The notes below the pieces were generated by a model. It saw only the letters and a program-made list of their open reading frames with translations. It did not search any database and was not told where the DNA came from. This document shows, one piece after another, positions 37,560-49,049 of a DNA stretch of 64,000 nt. The DNA is from Eutreptiella sp. 'Long Island Sound 2002' (taxonomy: Eukaryota > Protista > Euglenida). How positions within the stretch are numbered: the first letter of the stretch is position 1; the number at the start of each line of letters is the position of its first letter. The translations under genes and the position numbers were made by a program. The stretch covers positions 173,414,001 through 173,478,000 of the forward strand of contig OZ038378.1 in NCBI GenBank assembly GCA_964036045.1, read 5' to 3'.

Positions 37560-39126
37560 ATGGGTTGCTTTCCCTTTTAGATGCAAGGAACTTGGCCCGG
37601 GCGACCAAGGAAGGCCAAGACGGAAGGCTTTTGTGTGGTGTGCCGCAAGGTCAAGACTTCGAAGTTTGAGCCTTTGAAGCCCGAGTTCGAGGGCCGATAT
37701 AGGGCCAGAGATGGCTTGTACCCGTGTTGCATCGAGTGTTGGCCAATTGTCGGAAGTGAAGATCAAGGGTCCCCTCCCAAGAAGAGACGGATAACCCCTC
37801 CCACCACTCCCCAATCCTCGAAGGTTGAATTCCAAGAAATAGAGCACCCACCTTGCGATTTGTGCACGCAAAAGAGAGCATGGTACCACACTTATGAGCC
37901 AACCTCCAATGGCTTTGAGACTTGCAATTGAAGGAGAAGGTTTCCAAAATTGCAACCCCTTTGCATGCATTGAAACGTATTCAAAAGCGTGTGCATACAT
38001 GGAACCGGTCGGCATGGCGTGCGGCACGGCATGCGCATGATGCATTGCATCCTCCACCACGCGGTAAACGCAAGCCCGTGGTGATTCGGTGCTCTTTGGG
38101 TCGCTTCTGCACCTTCGGTGCGACAGCACGTGGTGTTCTGCACTATCGCGAGGTTATTCGAGACAGTAGCCTAAAGTTCGATGTTGATGCGGAGCTCATT
38201 GGTTGGTTGGATAACTCGTGTTTTGAGCTTGCTCAAAACACTGGTTTAACTTAATTACCTCTTCATTAGGCCTTCATTAGGCCGAGGCAAGCATTGTTTA
38301 GAATTGTTTCGTGCATGCACTAGGGTTAAACCCTTTCTTTGTGTTTGTGTGGCAATTGTTGGAGGGGTACACGACCTCATTCGAATTGCCTTTTTTGTCC
38401 CAAAGCCACAAGCTTGGGGTATCGCGAGCACTGGACTATAAGAACTTCGTAATGAGTTGGGTTGACTTTGTGGAGGACTGGTGGCATAACCCAGAGGGTG
38501 CCTTTTTTCATCTCCCACCACTGGAAACCCTTCCGGATGACCAACGGGAGGTGGTTTTGCTCATGATTGCAGCGGTGCATGACACATTTCAAAAGCATGT
38601 TGTGCCTCATGTGAATAACGGTGATGGGTTTACGTCCTCGACCAACCGGGTTGGAGAGACCGTGTTCCGTTACATGCGAGCATGCTTCGACCAGAATCAA
38701 AGCACACGCATGGTGTTGGTAGCATCTCATTTCATTGTGGCCCGTAGCAAGTACCTAAACTTGGTGATTAGCGAACCATGGCGCATGAAGCAAGTGATGA
38801 ATAGAGTCAGCAAGCGCCTTGATTCACCCGAGTGCAGGTACCTAACTTACTGCTACCTTCGGTTGTCTGAGTTGGTAAAGGAGAATGAGAAGAAAAAGGC
38901 GAGGGCTGTAGCAAAGGATCGTGAGAGTAAGCTTCGAGGTAGGCTTGTTGTGGCTAAGTTGTTGCCTAAGGATGTAGGTGATTTGACTGTAGAACACCTT
39001 AAGAAGGCCACTCGAGGGTTGCGGCAGCGTGAGCCTGACCTTGTTGATTTTTTGCGCTTGAACGTGAACCGTGAGCAATTGATGAACCAATTGGAGGATT
39101 GGGTTGACACTGACAATGTGTGTTGA
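37560..39126 (+). pseudogene. Decayed transposase-like gene with Cys-rich N-terminal part (superfamily unassigned)
   Basis: Consecutive ORFs: CVVC...CCIEC...CDLC, then RCSLGRFCTFGATARGVLHY, then a 271-aa ORF with ALGLNPFF.VWQLLE and TSSTNRVGETVFRYM (TNxxxExxF, typical of a third catalytic acid region). Confidence 0.4.
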
Positions 39127-39599
39127 CCATTTCATGCTTCTTTTCTGCATACGAGTCTTGTGCTAGGGAGGGAGGGAGCCTTCTATGCCTTTCGTGCCCA
39201 TCTTTTCATTTCGGAGGGACCCAGAAACAGGGGTCAAACAGGCAGCAAAAACCCCCCGGGACCCGGGCACGAGGCCACGCGACATCGACTCGAAAAGCAC
39301 CTTTGAACCCTCCACCTAAGAGTTCGGGTCCCAAGCTCGCCGTAGCAACTTTCGGAGGTGCTTTTCGAGCCATATAGCCAAAACGGTGGCCGGGAAGATT
39401 GAGTCCACGAAAAGCAGGGTTTCGGTAGCCCCTGGGCAGGTTTCGGACAAGCTGATGATGAGCACTCATTTGAACATGCATGGTCATAGTCTCGGATTGC
39501 CGTCGGGCTAATGTCGCCACCGTCACGAGTTGTTGATGCATTTGGGTAGGTTGCTAATTACCATACAAGGGCACAAGAAGCAAAGCGTGAGTCCTTGAA

Positions 39600-42100
39600 A
39601 GTGTAGCAATGCTTCAAATAGCAAAGTTGGCAAAACTCTCCTTCCTCACGTCGCGCAATAACAACAACCCTGCAATCCCAACACTTTCTCTCCCTTGATT
39701 CACGTTGATGCAATAACCCCTCACTCTAGCTTGAGAAAAGGAGGCACAAATCAATAGATGCCAATATATTATGAAGACCGGCGTGAAATCGTGTTTGGAT
39801 TCATGTGCAATAATGCAAGGGCACATCGTATGGTCTGTTGGTTGGAAGAATGGGTGCGACACGCAAAGACACATCGACCTTGCTTGTCTTTGCCTTGTGC
39901 CCTCCCGTACCACCAACGAGTGTTGCGTGTTGCATCCGTTCTTCCAAACAAGAGACCCCATGCTTCCGCATCTAAATTGGGCGAACAATTTGGACTCGTC
40001 GGTTGGGCTTACAAGCACGGCAAAGCATGTGAGCGATGCCAACGGATCTGTATCACAAGAGGATGCCGTTTATGTCGTGCGTCAAAGAAATGTTCAATAA
40101 TGTCCAACTTCCACGCATCGTGTGTCATACAACATTATGAGTGGTCCTACCACCGATTGGCGCGCACACATTTGTCGCATTGGTGCTTTGAAAGTGGTAC
40201 GTGGCGAAGGATCAAATGAGAAACCCATTGAGAAACTTTGCATTGTTCAACACGTGCTACATCCGCACTTTTCTTTGTGTCATGCAAGTCCACGTGACGA
40301 CGGTTGGGCGTGTTGCCTTCGGGTGCTTTGCTCGGCTGTTTTGTACTTAGTTGAGGTGGAAATTGAAACCAGAATATCATGCATTGTTGAATTGTAGAGC
40401 CTTTGCTCTCGTGAATGCTTTTAGAGTTTGACATGCTTGTTTAGCTCTACTGGGCCGGAAAAAAAACGATTGACGTTTTTTGAAGTAAACTCGTAAACGG
40501 GCATTCATCGTATGACAATCTTGCAGCCATCTACATTTGTTGCTCGTTTGATTTGACGTGACCTGTTGTGCTGAAAACATCCACAAGTTGGTCCTTTCAT
40601 GGTTCTTCTGATGGTTCTTGAATAGTTATGTGAGTAGAGTGCATGCCAGTGAAATTCCCGGTCGGCATGGGGGTGCACCGTAAAGCTGAGGGAAACTACA
40701 CGCCAAAACATATGGCGAACGGATTCCAATCACTGACTGGTGATGGCCTTTCGCATGAGATGCGGTCGGGATGTGCACCGCATGCGCTGTGGTTATTATC
40801 TTATTAAGCCCCGGATCACAGTGATTCTTGCCCCACTTCCCCATGGCAAATGCACGTGCACATTACATCAACCTAGGTTCGTTGATTTCCTACACTGAGC
40901 ACCACTCGCAGAGTGTCACATGCATGCAATAACCGTCACACATGGGATGGGGCTATTATTCAAATGTCCAACCGATACACACATAACAAAATGCATTTGC
41001 TCAATGGAGCGCCATGTGATGCCTCTCGTTGGTGCTCGCTAAGGGGTTAGTCCCCCTTGCTCGGCATTGTCAAAAAAAATGGATATTTCAATTGTCCCAC
41101 TTTGTTTGTTGTGTATCTTGTGTCTATTGCAACATAGGATTCCGCCTTCAAAATCGGATTTACCATCATCCTTTGACACACATCAGTAGAGAACCCCATA
41201 TAGCCCGCCTCCTGCGAATGCCACATGCGCGGATAACTGGGGCTCTGCCACTTTGCAGCTGTAGTGCTCACGCTTTGCTGCTGTGCTTGATTGTGTATGC
41301 TCATGCCATCCATATTCGGTTGCCAACATGAGACCATCAATTAATGATTGCTGGAGCAATTGAGACATCATCACCTCGTGTTGCATGGGAAACACAAAGG
41401 CAAACAATCAAATGAACAGACGGCCGGTTGTTTCACTGATGCCCACAACGACGACTGACGAGAACACAAGACGAGAGCAATGTTCTCAAACGGCCATAAC
41501 CTGGAAAATGCAAGCGAGCATGTCATGTCCCCAGGTGATGACAAATGTGTCCACTTGATGCTTGCATTCTTACAAAAAACCGAGGAACCGGTTTCTCTTG
41601 CTTCGCCATAAAGGGAGTTCTCATCAAGGAGAATCTGCAGACACATCACTCAAAGATCCCAAAGATGAGCGAATAGCAGTCATTATGCACATCCTTGCTC
41701 AGCGATTCCGCCCCCACAATCACATACTCATGCAAAGATCCCGATGATTCACACGACGAGGTCTGTGAAGTATGAACTTCTTCGGGGGGCGTGGCCACTG
41801 CATATTCTCAAGAATACCAAGCGATGTGCTTTGCAAAAGAAAACCCTCATCCAAGAGGCCAGGCCCCTTGGCGTGAGATGAAACACTCTCATCTTCATTA
41901 ACATAATACGTGCTCAATAAGTTTGCAGCCTTGATAGGAGTATCAAGGGCACCACGATGGTGCACCGCCAACGTTTTTTGGGCAACACCCAAATATTTGG
42001 CGGCATCGGCCAAACCCATTCCATGCCCATCTCGTTTACCTTCTTGCACCAAATTGCCAAGTGGATGGAGGAAGCGAAACAAGCCCTTTACTCTTGAGTG
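39600..42100 (-). mobile_element. Decayed Mutator-like (MULE) transposase with probable SWIM finger
   Basis: SYVAIDTRYTTNKVGQLKYPFFL (~41050-41143) matches the MULE D-TY-TN-Y-PL motif. Downstream lie PHADREFHW (C-FH-like), GNTPNRRHVDLH and QCDKC...CMTH (SWIM-like). Many stops. Confidence 0.65.
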
Positions 42101-42268
42101 GGCTCATGCTTGCCAATGGTGGCTACAGATGAAGTTGCAAAGGTGGTTCAAATGGTTTAGCAACATTGTGAGTGGTGTTGCGTGAGTGGTGTTGTGTGCT
42201 TTCATGATTCCAGGAAGATGACTGTTCCCATCTATACCACCCACGGCACAAACAGGAAATGTTCCAAG

Positions 42269-43413
42269 TTTAAAAATGGGTTAACAGCCCGTTTTTTTTT
42301 GGTAAAAAAACGGGTTGTCCGTCCCCAGCCACACAACCCGTTTTTTTACCAAAAAAAAACGGGTTGTCTCTAGACAGCCCGTTTTTTTACCAACAAAAAA
42401 CGGGCTGTCTCTTGACAGCCCGTTTTTTTACCAACAAAAAACGGGTTGTGACCTTCTTTTAGCGCCAGGGGGTTGCCAAAATAGGGCACTTTAAATTTTT
42501 CCATTTTTCAACCAAAAAAAAACCGTTTTGGGTGTGTGGATGCCACATGATGATGTCATCAAGGCTCCCAAAGGAAAAGGAGTAACATCAATAGGAGGTT
42601 GACTTGTGGATGTTCCTCACGTGCCCGAACAGGTAGCCCCCATTGCACTTGTGGCAGATTCGAGCCCTGGAAAGGTTAGTGTGACCTCCTCGCAACAATC
42701 GGCTTGTGACGAGTGAAGGCTCGTTGCTTGCTTTGTGAACCCATTGATGCCGGCCTTGAGCTGGTTGCTGAGGATCTCTTTGTGCAACAACAGAATGCAC
42801 CATCACCTCCATCTGCGCCTATTTCAACTCCGATTGATGTTGCACAACCGGGAGGTGGTGAGGAGAGGGATGAGAGTAGGAGTGGCGAGGAAGAAGAGGA
42901 GTTTGAGGCGGAGAGGATCATTGGTAAGAAAGTTCATCGTGGCAAGCCATTGTACTTGGTGCGATGGAAGGGTTGTGGGAAAGAAGATGACTCTCTTGTT
43001 GCTTTGGTCAAGCCGGACTCAGAAATGGGGGTGGGTCTCTTAAATGGTCATTTGGTGGTGGGTCTACTGCATTTGAGTTTGTATATCATTCTCTTGCTTT
43101 GCTTCTTCTCAAAGGGTGCTTTGCTAGGCAAGGGGGACCCACACCGGACACTTGGGGGGTTCATACAAGGTGGATCGTCTTGGTACCCCGGCGTTGGCCG
43201 GTTGGAGTTTGTATATCATTCTCTTGCTTTGCTTCTTCTCAAAGGGTGCTTTGCTAGGCAAGGGGGACCCACACCGGGCACTTGGGTGGTTCATACAATT
43301 AAAGGTCTGGACAACCCGTTTTTTTACCAAAAAAAAACGGGCTGTCCCCCGGCGTTGGCCGGACAACCCGTTTTTTTACCAAAAAAAAACGGGCTGTAAA
43401 ACCCATTTTTAAA
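42269..43413. mobile_element. Non-autonomous TIR element with repeated hairpin motif, carrying a chromodomain fragment
   Basis: tttaaaaatgggttaacagcccgt(t)nggtaaaaaaacgggttgtcc at 42269 is inverted at ~43360-43413. The internal palindromic unit ACA(A/G)CCCGT(T)nACC(A)nCGGG(T/C)TGT is repeated about six times. Confidence 0.7.
42896..43000 (+). pseudogene. Truncated chromodomain (HP1/CBX-like)
   Basis: EEEEEFEAERIIGKKVHRGKPLYLVRWKGCGKEDDS matches the chromodomain consensus (YEVEKI..KR...GK..YLVKWKGY..EDNTWEP). The final TWEP is missing. Confidence 0.8.
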
Positions 43414-43414
43414 A

Positions 43415-43520
43415 AAAACGGGCTATTAACCCGTTTTTTTACCGAAAAAAAACGGGCTGTCAGCTTCGCTGACTACAGCCCGTTTTTTTTCGGTAAAAAA
43501 ACGGGTTAATAGCCCGTTTT
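43415..43520. repeat. Near-perfect ~105-bp palindrome (foldback MITE-like)
   Basis: aaaacgggctattaacccgttttttaccgaaaaaaaacgggctgtcagc-ttc-gctgac(ta)cagcccgttttttttcggtaaaaaaacgggttaatagcccgtttt. Confidence 0.9.
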
Positions 43521-44646
43521 CCTTATAAAACGTATTAGATGGAGGTGAGTTGGAGACGGTAGTTGTTAGATGAATCTCGCGGTCCATCTAACATTTATCG
43601 GCTTGCAAACAGCTGCCATTGTGATGGCAAGTGTGCAGTTGCCATTGTTATGGCAAGTGTGTTAGTATCGCCATAGCCCAAATCATGGCGGTAATCCCAA
43701 ACCGCAAACTTGCGCAAGCGGGGGCTTACCCTGCATACCACGAATGAATGCATGAACCCCCGAGAGCCCGACAATCTCTGCGGAGGTTGTCAAATTAGTT
43801 ACGAGGCGCAAATATTAGCTCACGTCAACAACACTGTGGGCAGTGCAGGCGTGCTTTCTGTGCTGTAAGGTGGGCACATTGTGCAGGTCAAGCAACAGCC
43901 TGGGACTCAGAGATCCCTGAACCATCGGGTGTTCTGCACAAACTGCATCACTCCTGGGTAGAACATCAGTAAAGTGACACTGACAACGAAAGTCATCAAA
44001 GGTTCACTTCCAAACCTTCCAAACCTGTGGCTGGTCGCCTTCCTAGCAAGCATGGGCATATGGCAGCAAACATACAGGGCCACATTCAGAACGGCAATAC
44101 GGTCAGAGCATATTCCTTTGGCTACCAGACCGGACGGAGGACCGGTCTGGTCTTGTGGGGAAAATTATCACTTTCTGGCAAAGGATTGGGTCAAGGGTTT
44201 TTGAACGTGGCGGAAATGATGGTTTTGGTGGTTTTCTTAGACTCAATAGTATTTTAGAGAAAAACAGTAAGACCAGTTTCAGAGACCGGTGGGACCGGTC
44301 TTTGCAAACCGAACGGACCGGACCACTTCGGTACACTTTGGAGCACTTTGTTACACTTGCCTCCCAAACCTACCTTTGCGCGCTCGTTGCAGCATGCACG
44401 CCACCACACACCATGCACAAACCACACACACATACACAGACTTTGCTTCCCATGTCCTCTTGGGTGTTTCAACGATGCATGATGGGTGGGATGCACCATT
44501 AGCATGAAAATAGATCGGTTCAAACAGTTTCATGCAGACCGGTCAGACCGGTCTTCCGAACCTCGCTCCTGGTCCCCTACTTCCTGCTGCCTTTTGACAG
44601 GACCGGTCAGACCGCTCTTCCCCGCTTTGTTGCTTAGCCTTTTTCA

Positions 44647-47044
44647 ATGCCGATTTCAGGCCCCGGGACGAAGATCCCCGGCGTGAAGGACGCCGAGACC
44701 CCCGTGCCCACGGCCTTCAAAAAGGTCCGGGCCGGGGATCGGGTGGTGCTGCTCCTCAAGGGCTCGCACGGGGGCCGCTACACCGGCACGTGCCAGTCGC
44801 AGGCGACCGGTAAAATGTCCCTGTCCGGGACAATCTACTTCACGGAGGACCAGAAGACCGGGGGCTTGAAGCGCAGCATCAGCAAGGGCGAGCTTGACTT
44901 CGTCACCGAGGACGTGCTCGGATGTTGGGTGGTCGCGGAGGCGAAGACATCTACTCCGGGCCAGAGGATTGCGGCCCGAGCAGCGCAGTCCCGCAAAAGG
45001 AAAGTGAACGAGGAGTCCGAAGACGAAGACGAGGACGAGGAAGAAGAGGACGAAGAAGACGAGGAGGAGGAGGAGCGAGAAAGCGTGATGGAGATCCCGG
45101 AAGAAGAGGCAAAGGAGGAAGAGCAAGAGAGGAAGAAGAAGAAGCCGGCGAAGGAGAAGCACACCACCAAAAGACGGTTGCCGGACCCATTTTTCAAGGA
45201 AATCAAAGCCGAGGGCAGTGAGTCCGCCTCGGCGCCCCGCACAAGCAAGAAAGGCAGGAAGGCCTCCACCGAGGACGAAGAGAGGTCGGCGGAAGAGGTG
45301 CGCATGGGCAACGCGTTGGAGATGTATGGCACCACCTTGCCAAGGCTTGGGCAACACGTCCGGCAATGTCTCCGTGGCCAACCCGGCACCAAGACACTTC
45401 TGGCGGCAGCGCTGCAGTTGCTGTTCGAGTGCCCGAACAGCATTCTTCGTGGTCCTCTCTGCATTCGGTCGGATTACATCGTGGCGCAGCGCAAGTGTGT
45501 CGAGCCCCTTCGTCAATCCGGTGGTCCCCAATACGAAGAATACGCAGGTTTGTGCATACTGTCGTAAACCGTTAGGACCGCTTCACTTTAGCACACTTCA
45601 CACGACGACCGGTCGGACCGGTCTGTACAAACTGTCGTAAACCGTTCGGACCGGTCCACTTTAGCACACTTCATACGAAGACCGGTCGGACCGGTCCTTG
45701 CAAACTGTCGTAAACCGTTCGGACCGCTTCACTTTAGCACACTTTAGCACACTTTATTCCATTTCTCCACAGAGAAGGTCTTGCAGGGGGCTGCAACGTG
45801 TCCGAAGTGCTTGGGGATCAAGGATGAGCCCGACATGGACATGCCCGCCCTGCCCGCCGCGCCCGCAGCGCGCCAGCTCGCCATCCCCCAACCCGCCGCA
45901 AGGCCCGTCCCTCCGGAGATGCCGATGCACGTGCAGACCATGGACCAGCTCACCACTCCCCAGCTGCGCGAGAAGTTCATGGCCCTCAAACGGGAATTGC
46001 AACGCACCGAATTCGAGCTCGTAACGGTATGGAGCACCCAATGGCCGTTCGGGGTTGTGTGTGGAACTCGCTCTCCCCTTTGCCGTGCCATTTTTAGGTC
46101 CGTGGGGGTTCTCTTCCTACAAGTGATTGGCATGAACCACACGCCGAAACCAAGACGTTGGGGGAGCAGATCGAAGAGATGCGGACAGTCGCTTGGTTCC
46201 GTGAACAAACGGAGAGGATGAGGTTCGCCGAGGAAGAAGAGGCGCGCGAGGAGTTTGAACGACAAGAGGAGGCAAGAATCCAAGCCGAACGTGCAATGGA
46301 GGTGTGTGTCCAGGGGTCCCCTAGCCTACATTTGTGCATGCATGGAGTCAGCACTGTGGTCTGTGGTCTGCAGGACGCCCGACGTCGTGAGGAGGCCGCG
46401 CGTGAACGCGAAAAGAAGGATGCGGCGACCGAGGCTTTGGAGGCGAAGTTGAAGGCGTTGCAAGAGGAGTTGGACAAGGCACGGAAGAGCAAGGAGGAGC
46501 CGAGCAAAGAGAAAGAACCCGGAGAACCAGACCCGCAGCAGGTCCCAGCGGAGGAGGCAGGCGCAGGGGAGCCGATCGCCCAGCAAGCCGATGCCCCCAA
46601 GCCAGAAGCCGGAACTCAGGCATGCGTGTGCTTCAATTCGTTTTAAAGTGTGCTAAAGTGTGCTAAAGTGGACCGGTCCGAACGGTTTAGAGTAGTTTGC
46701 AAAGACCGGTCCGACCGGTCTTCGTGTGAAGTGTGCTAAAGTGTACCGGTCCGAACGGTTTACGACAGTTTGCAAAGACCGGTCCGACCGGTCCTTGAAC
46801 GAAGTGTCACGAAGTGTACCGGTCCGTTCGGTTGAAACCACTTTACTTCCTTTTTCTGCAGGAGCCCTCCACCCAGGCACTTCAGCTGCAGGCGGCTTCC
46901 GCTGCTGCTGCTACCGCGATTCCGGGGATGAAAATCACCCCGGCCTTCGCCGCACAAGAGGCGCGACTCGCGCTGCAGCTCGAGGCCCGCAACAAGAAGA
47001 CCGGGGAAGAGAAGAAGGATAATGAGGATAATGAGGATGAGTAA
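44647..47044 (+). CDS. Accessory spliced gene of the piggyBac-like element, ~595 aa (beta-rich N-domain, acidic/basic tract, Cys cluster, coiled coil)
   Basis: Exons 44647-45547, 45773-46026, 46098-46301, 46374-46619, 46862-47044. Phases 1,0,0,0. The last intron is GC-AG. Intron 3 is in-frame and may be retained. No premature stops. Confidence 0.7.
45555..45760. repeat. ~75-bp GACCGGTC-rich subterminal-type repeats (forward orientation) in intron 1 of the accessory gene
   Basis: Unit caaactgtcgtaaaccgttcggaccggtccactttagcacacttcacacgaagaccggtcggaccggtc, ~2.5 copies. Confidence 0.9.
46645..46830. repeat. Same ~75-bp repeats in reverse orientation, in intron 4
   Basis: aaagtggaccggtccgaacggtttagagtagtttgcaaagaccggtccgaccggtc units. 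Confidence 0.9.
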
Positions 47045-47244
47045 CTCATTTTCTATTTGCTTTTGCTATTTGCTATTCCCTTTTGATTTTATCGACGAAC
47101 TGTTTCGGTCCTGTGTGGCCGGTGAGCCAGACGTGTGCCAGACGTGTGCCAGACATGTGCTTGATGGGACACCAGCGACATGATTCCAGGATTGCATGAT
47201 TCCATGATTTCTGCTGCGTGTTTGGTTTGGGAGCAAAGAAAGTC

Positions 47245-47650
47245 TGAAGTGTGCTAAAGTGTGCTAAAGTGAAGCGGTCCGAACGTTTTAGAGTAGTTTG
47301 CAAAGACCGGTCCGACCGGTCTCTGGACAAAGTGATCTAAAGTGGACCGGTCCGAACGGTTTAGAGTAGTTTGCAAAGACCGGTCCGACCGGCCCTGGAC
47401 AAAGTGATCTAAAGTGAAGCGGTCTGAACGGTTTAGGGTAGTTTGCCGGTTTGGGAGCAAAGAAAGTCTAAAGTGTACTAAAGTGTGCTAAAGTGAAGCG
47501 GTCCGAACGGTTTAGAGTAGTTTGCAAAGACCGGTCCGACCGGTCTCTGGACAAAGTGAGCTAAAGTGGACCGGTCCGAACGGTTTAGAGTAGTTTGCAA
47601 AGACCGGTCCGACCGGTCTCTGGACAAAGTGATCTAAAGTGAAGCGGTCT
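47245..47650. repeat. Array of ~5 reverse-orientation ~75-bp repeats upstream of the transposase exon
   Basis: aaagtg(a/g)(a/c)cggtccgaacggtttagagtagtttgcaaagaccggtccgaccggtctctggacaaagtgatct units. Confidence 0.92.
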
Positions 47651-47663
47651 GGTCAGCAAAAGC

Positions 47664-47685
47664 TTGTATTCTGTTTTTTTTTCAG
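47664..47685 (+). promoter_or_regulatory. Strong 3' splice acceptor (cis or spliced-leader trans) just upstream of the transposase ATG
   Basis: ttgtattctgtttttttttcag|gcATG. Confidence 0.65.
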
Positions 47686-47687
47686 GC

Positions 47688-49049
47688 ATGCCTGCGGCTA
47701 CACCATGGGAACCAAGACCCCTGGCCCCCCTAGAGGCCCAATGGGATTTTGGAGATGAACTCCGCAAAGGGCGCAGCCTCTTGGAGGGCACCGAGGATGG
47801 CAAGACCCCCGTTGCCGTCTGGAACTTTATGTTTCGGCCAATTTTGGAGGCCATGACGCTGTGTTTGGAAGAGGCCAACCGGTTAGACCTTGTGGACCTT
47901 CTTCCGCGGTACGTGCTCTTTCGAGTTGGCTTGGGCATGCTGCAGCCGCGCAGAATAGATGATGTGTGGGACAAAGAGAGTATGCACTACAATGCATACA
48001 TGGCGGAACTGTTTCCCAGCAGGCGACAGTTTTATGTGCTGCAGCGACTTGCGGATCCGGATGCGGATGCGTTGATTGAGTTGTGCACGATGCACTGGCA
48101 AGGCGGATGGGAACTAGGTGACGTGGTGTGCGGGGATGAGACCGTGGTCCCCCACAAGGGGTTGTTTGTCATCCGGCAGTTCATACCGCGCAAGCCTCAC
48201 CCCACCGGTGTGAAACTGTACGCGTTGTGCGACGCACAAAGCCATTACATTTGGCATGTGTATTTGTACCGTGGTGCAGCCCCTCGTGTGGGTCCGGAGT
48301 CCCGGAGCCGGTTTGCAGGACACTACAATGCGTTTGAGATTGTGCAACTTTGGAATGATGTGACTCCACCCGGAAAGGTGCTTGTGGCGGATTCATTCTT
48401 TGGGTCTCATGATGCGGCGGCGATGCTAAGTGCACAAGAGCGTCCGTTCTTGATGCTCACTTCCACAAGTGCTTTGGTGCAAGATGGGAACGTTGGACTA
48501 GACCCGGGGGATGTGAACACGGTGGTGCACAAGGAACATCGGTATGCACTCTCGGTATACAAAAACCCCAAAGTGGGGCGCAAGCCGGCAAAGGTGGTAC
48601 CACTACTAACCAATTGCCTAACCGGAGGTTCGCTCCCACACCGAAGTGGACGATACCACCTACCGGGGATAATTGCCAACTACCGTAGGTTTGCCCCGGG
48701 GGTGGATACGTTTAACCAAATGTGCTTACAACACCGGGAAGAGCACCGGTTTCAATCATGGTGGAAGGCACTTGGGGGGATGGTGTTAAGGATAGCGGCA
48801 ACAAATGCATTTACGTCATGCCAAGCGTTGCGTCTTAGTCCGGGGGGTGAAACAATGTTTGACTGGCAATGGAGGTTGATGAGATACATGTTTCCGGCAA
48901 GGCAAATTCAGGTGGTGGACAAGCATGTACCAATAGTGGTTGGGAAGCGGGGCTTTTGTGTACATTGTGGGATGGGCACCACCCGATACAAGTGCAAAGC
49001 ATGTGGGTGCTATCTACACGTTGAATGCTTTGCGGACCATCATGAATGA
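47688..49049 (+). CDS. piggyBac-family DDD transposase (DDE_Tnp_1_7-like) with C-terminal Cys-rich domain, 453 aa from the first ATG
   Basis: VCGDETVVPHKG...RQFIPRKPHPTGVKLYALCD, VLVADSFFGS, YRRFAPGVDTFNQ, WWKAL...AATNAF, and RGFCVHC...TRYKCKACGCYLHVECFADHH. All three catalytic Asp are present. No stops. Confidence 0.95.
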   Translation: MPAATPWEPRPLAPLEAQWDFGDELRKGRSLLEGTEDGKTPVAVWNFMFRPILEAMTLCLEEANRLDLVDLLPRYVLFRVGLGMLQPRRIDDVWDKESMHYNAYMAELFPSRRQFYVLQRLADPDADALIELCTMHWQGGWELGDVVCGDETVVPHKGLFVIRQFIPRKPHPTGVKLYALCDAQSHYIWHVYLYRGAAPRVGPESRSRFAGHYNAFEIVQLWNDVTPPGKVLVADSFFGSHDAAAMLSAQERPFLMLTSTSALVQDGNVGLDPGDVNTVVHKEHRYALSVYKNPKVGRKPAKVVPLLTNCLTGGSLPHRSGRYHLPGIIANYRRFAPGVDTFNQMCLQHREEHRFQSWWKALGGMVLRIAATNAFTSCQALRLSPGGETMFDWQWRLMRYMFPARQIQVVDKHVPIVVGKRGFCVHCGMGTTRYKCKACGCYLHVECFADHHE

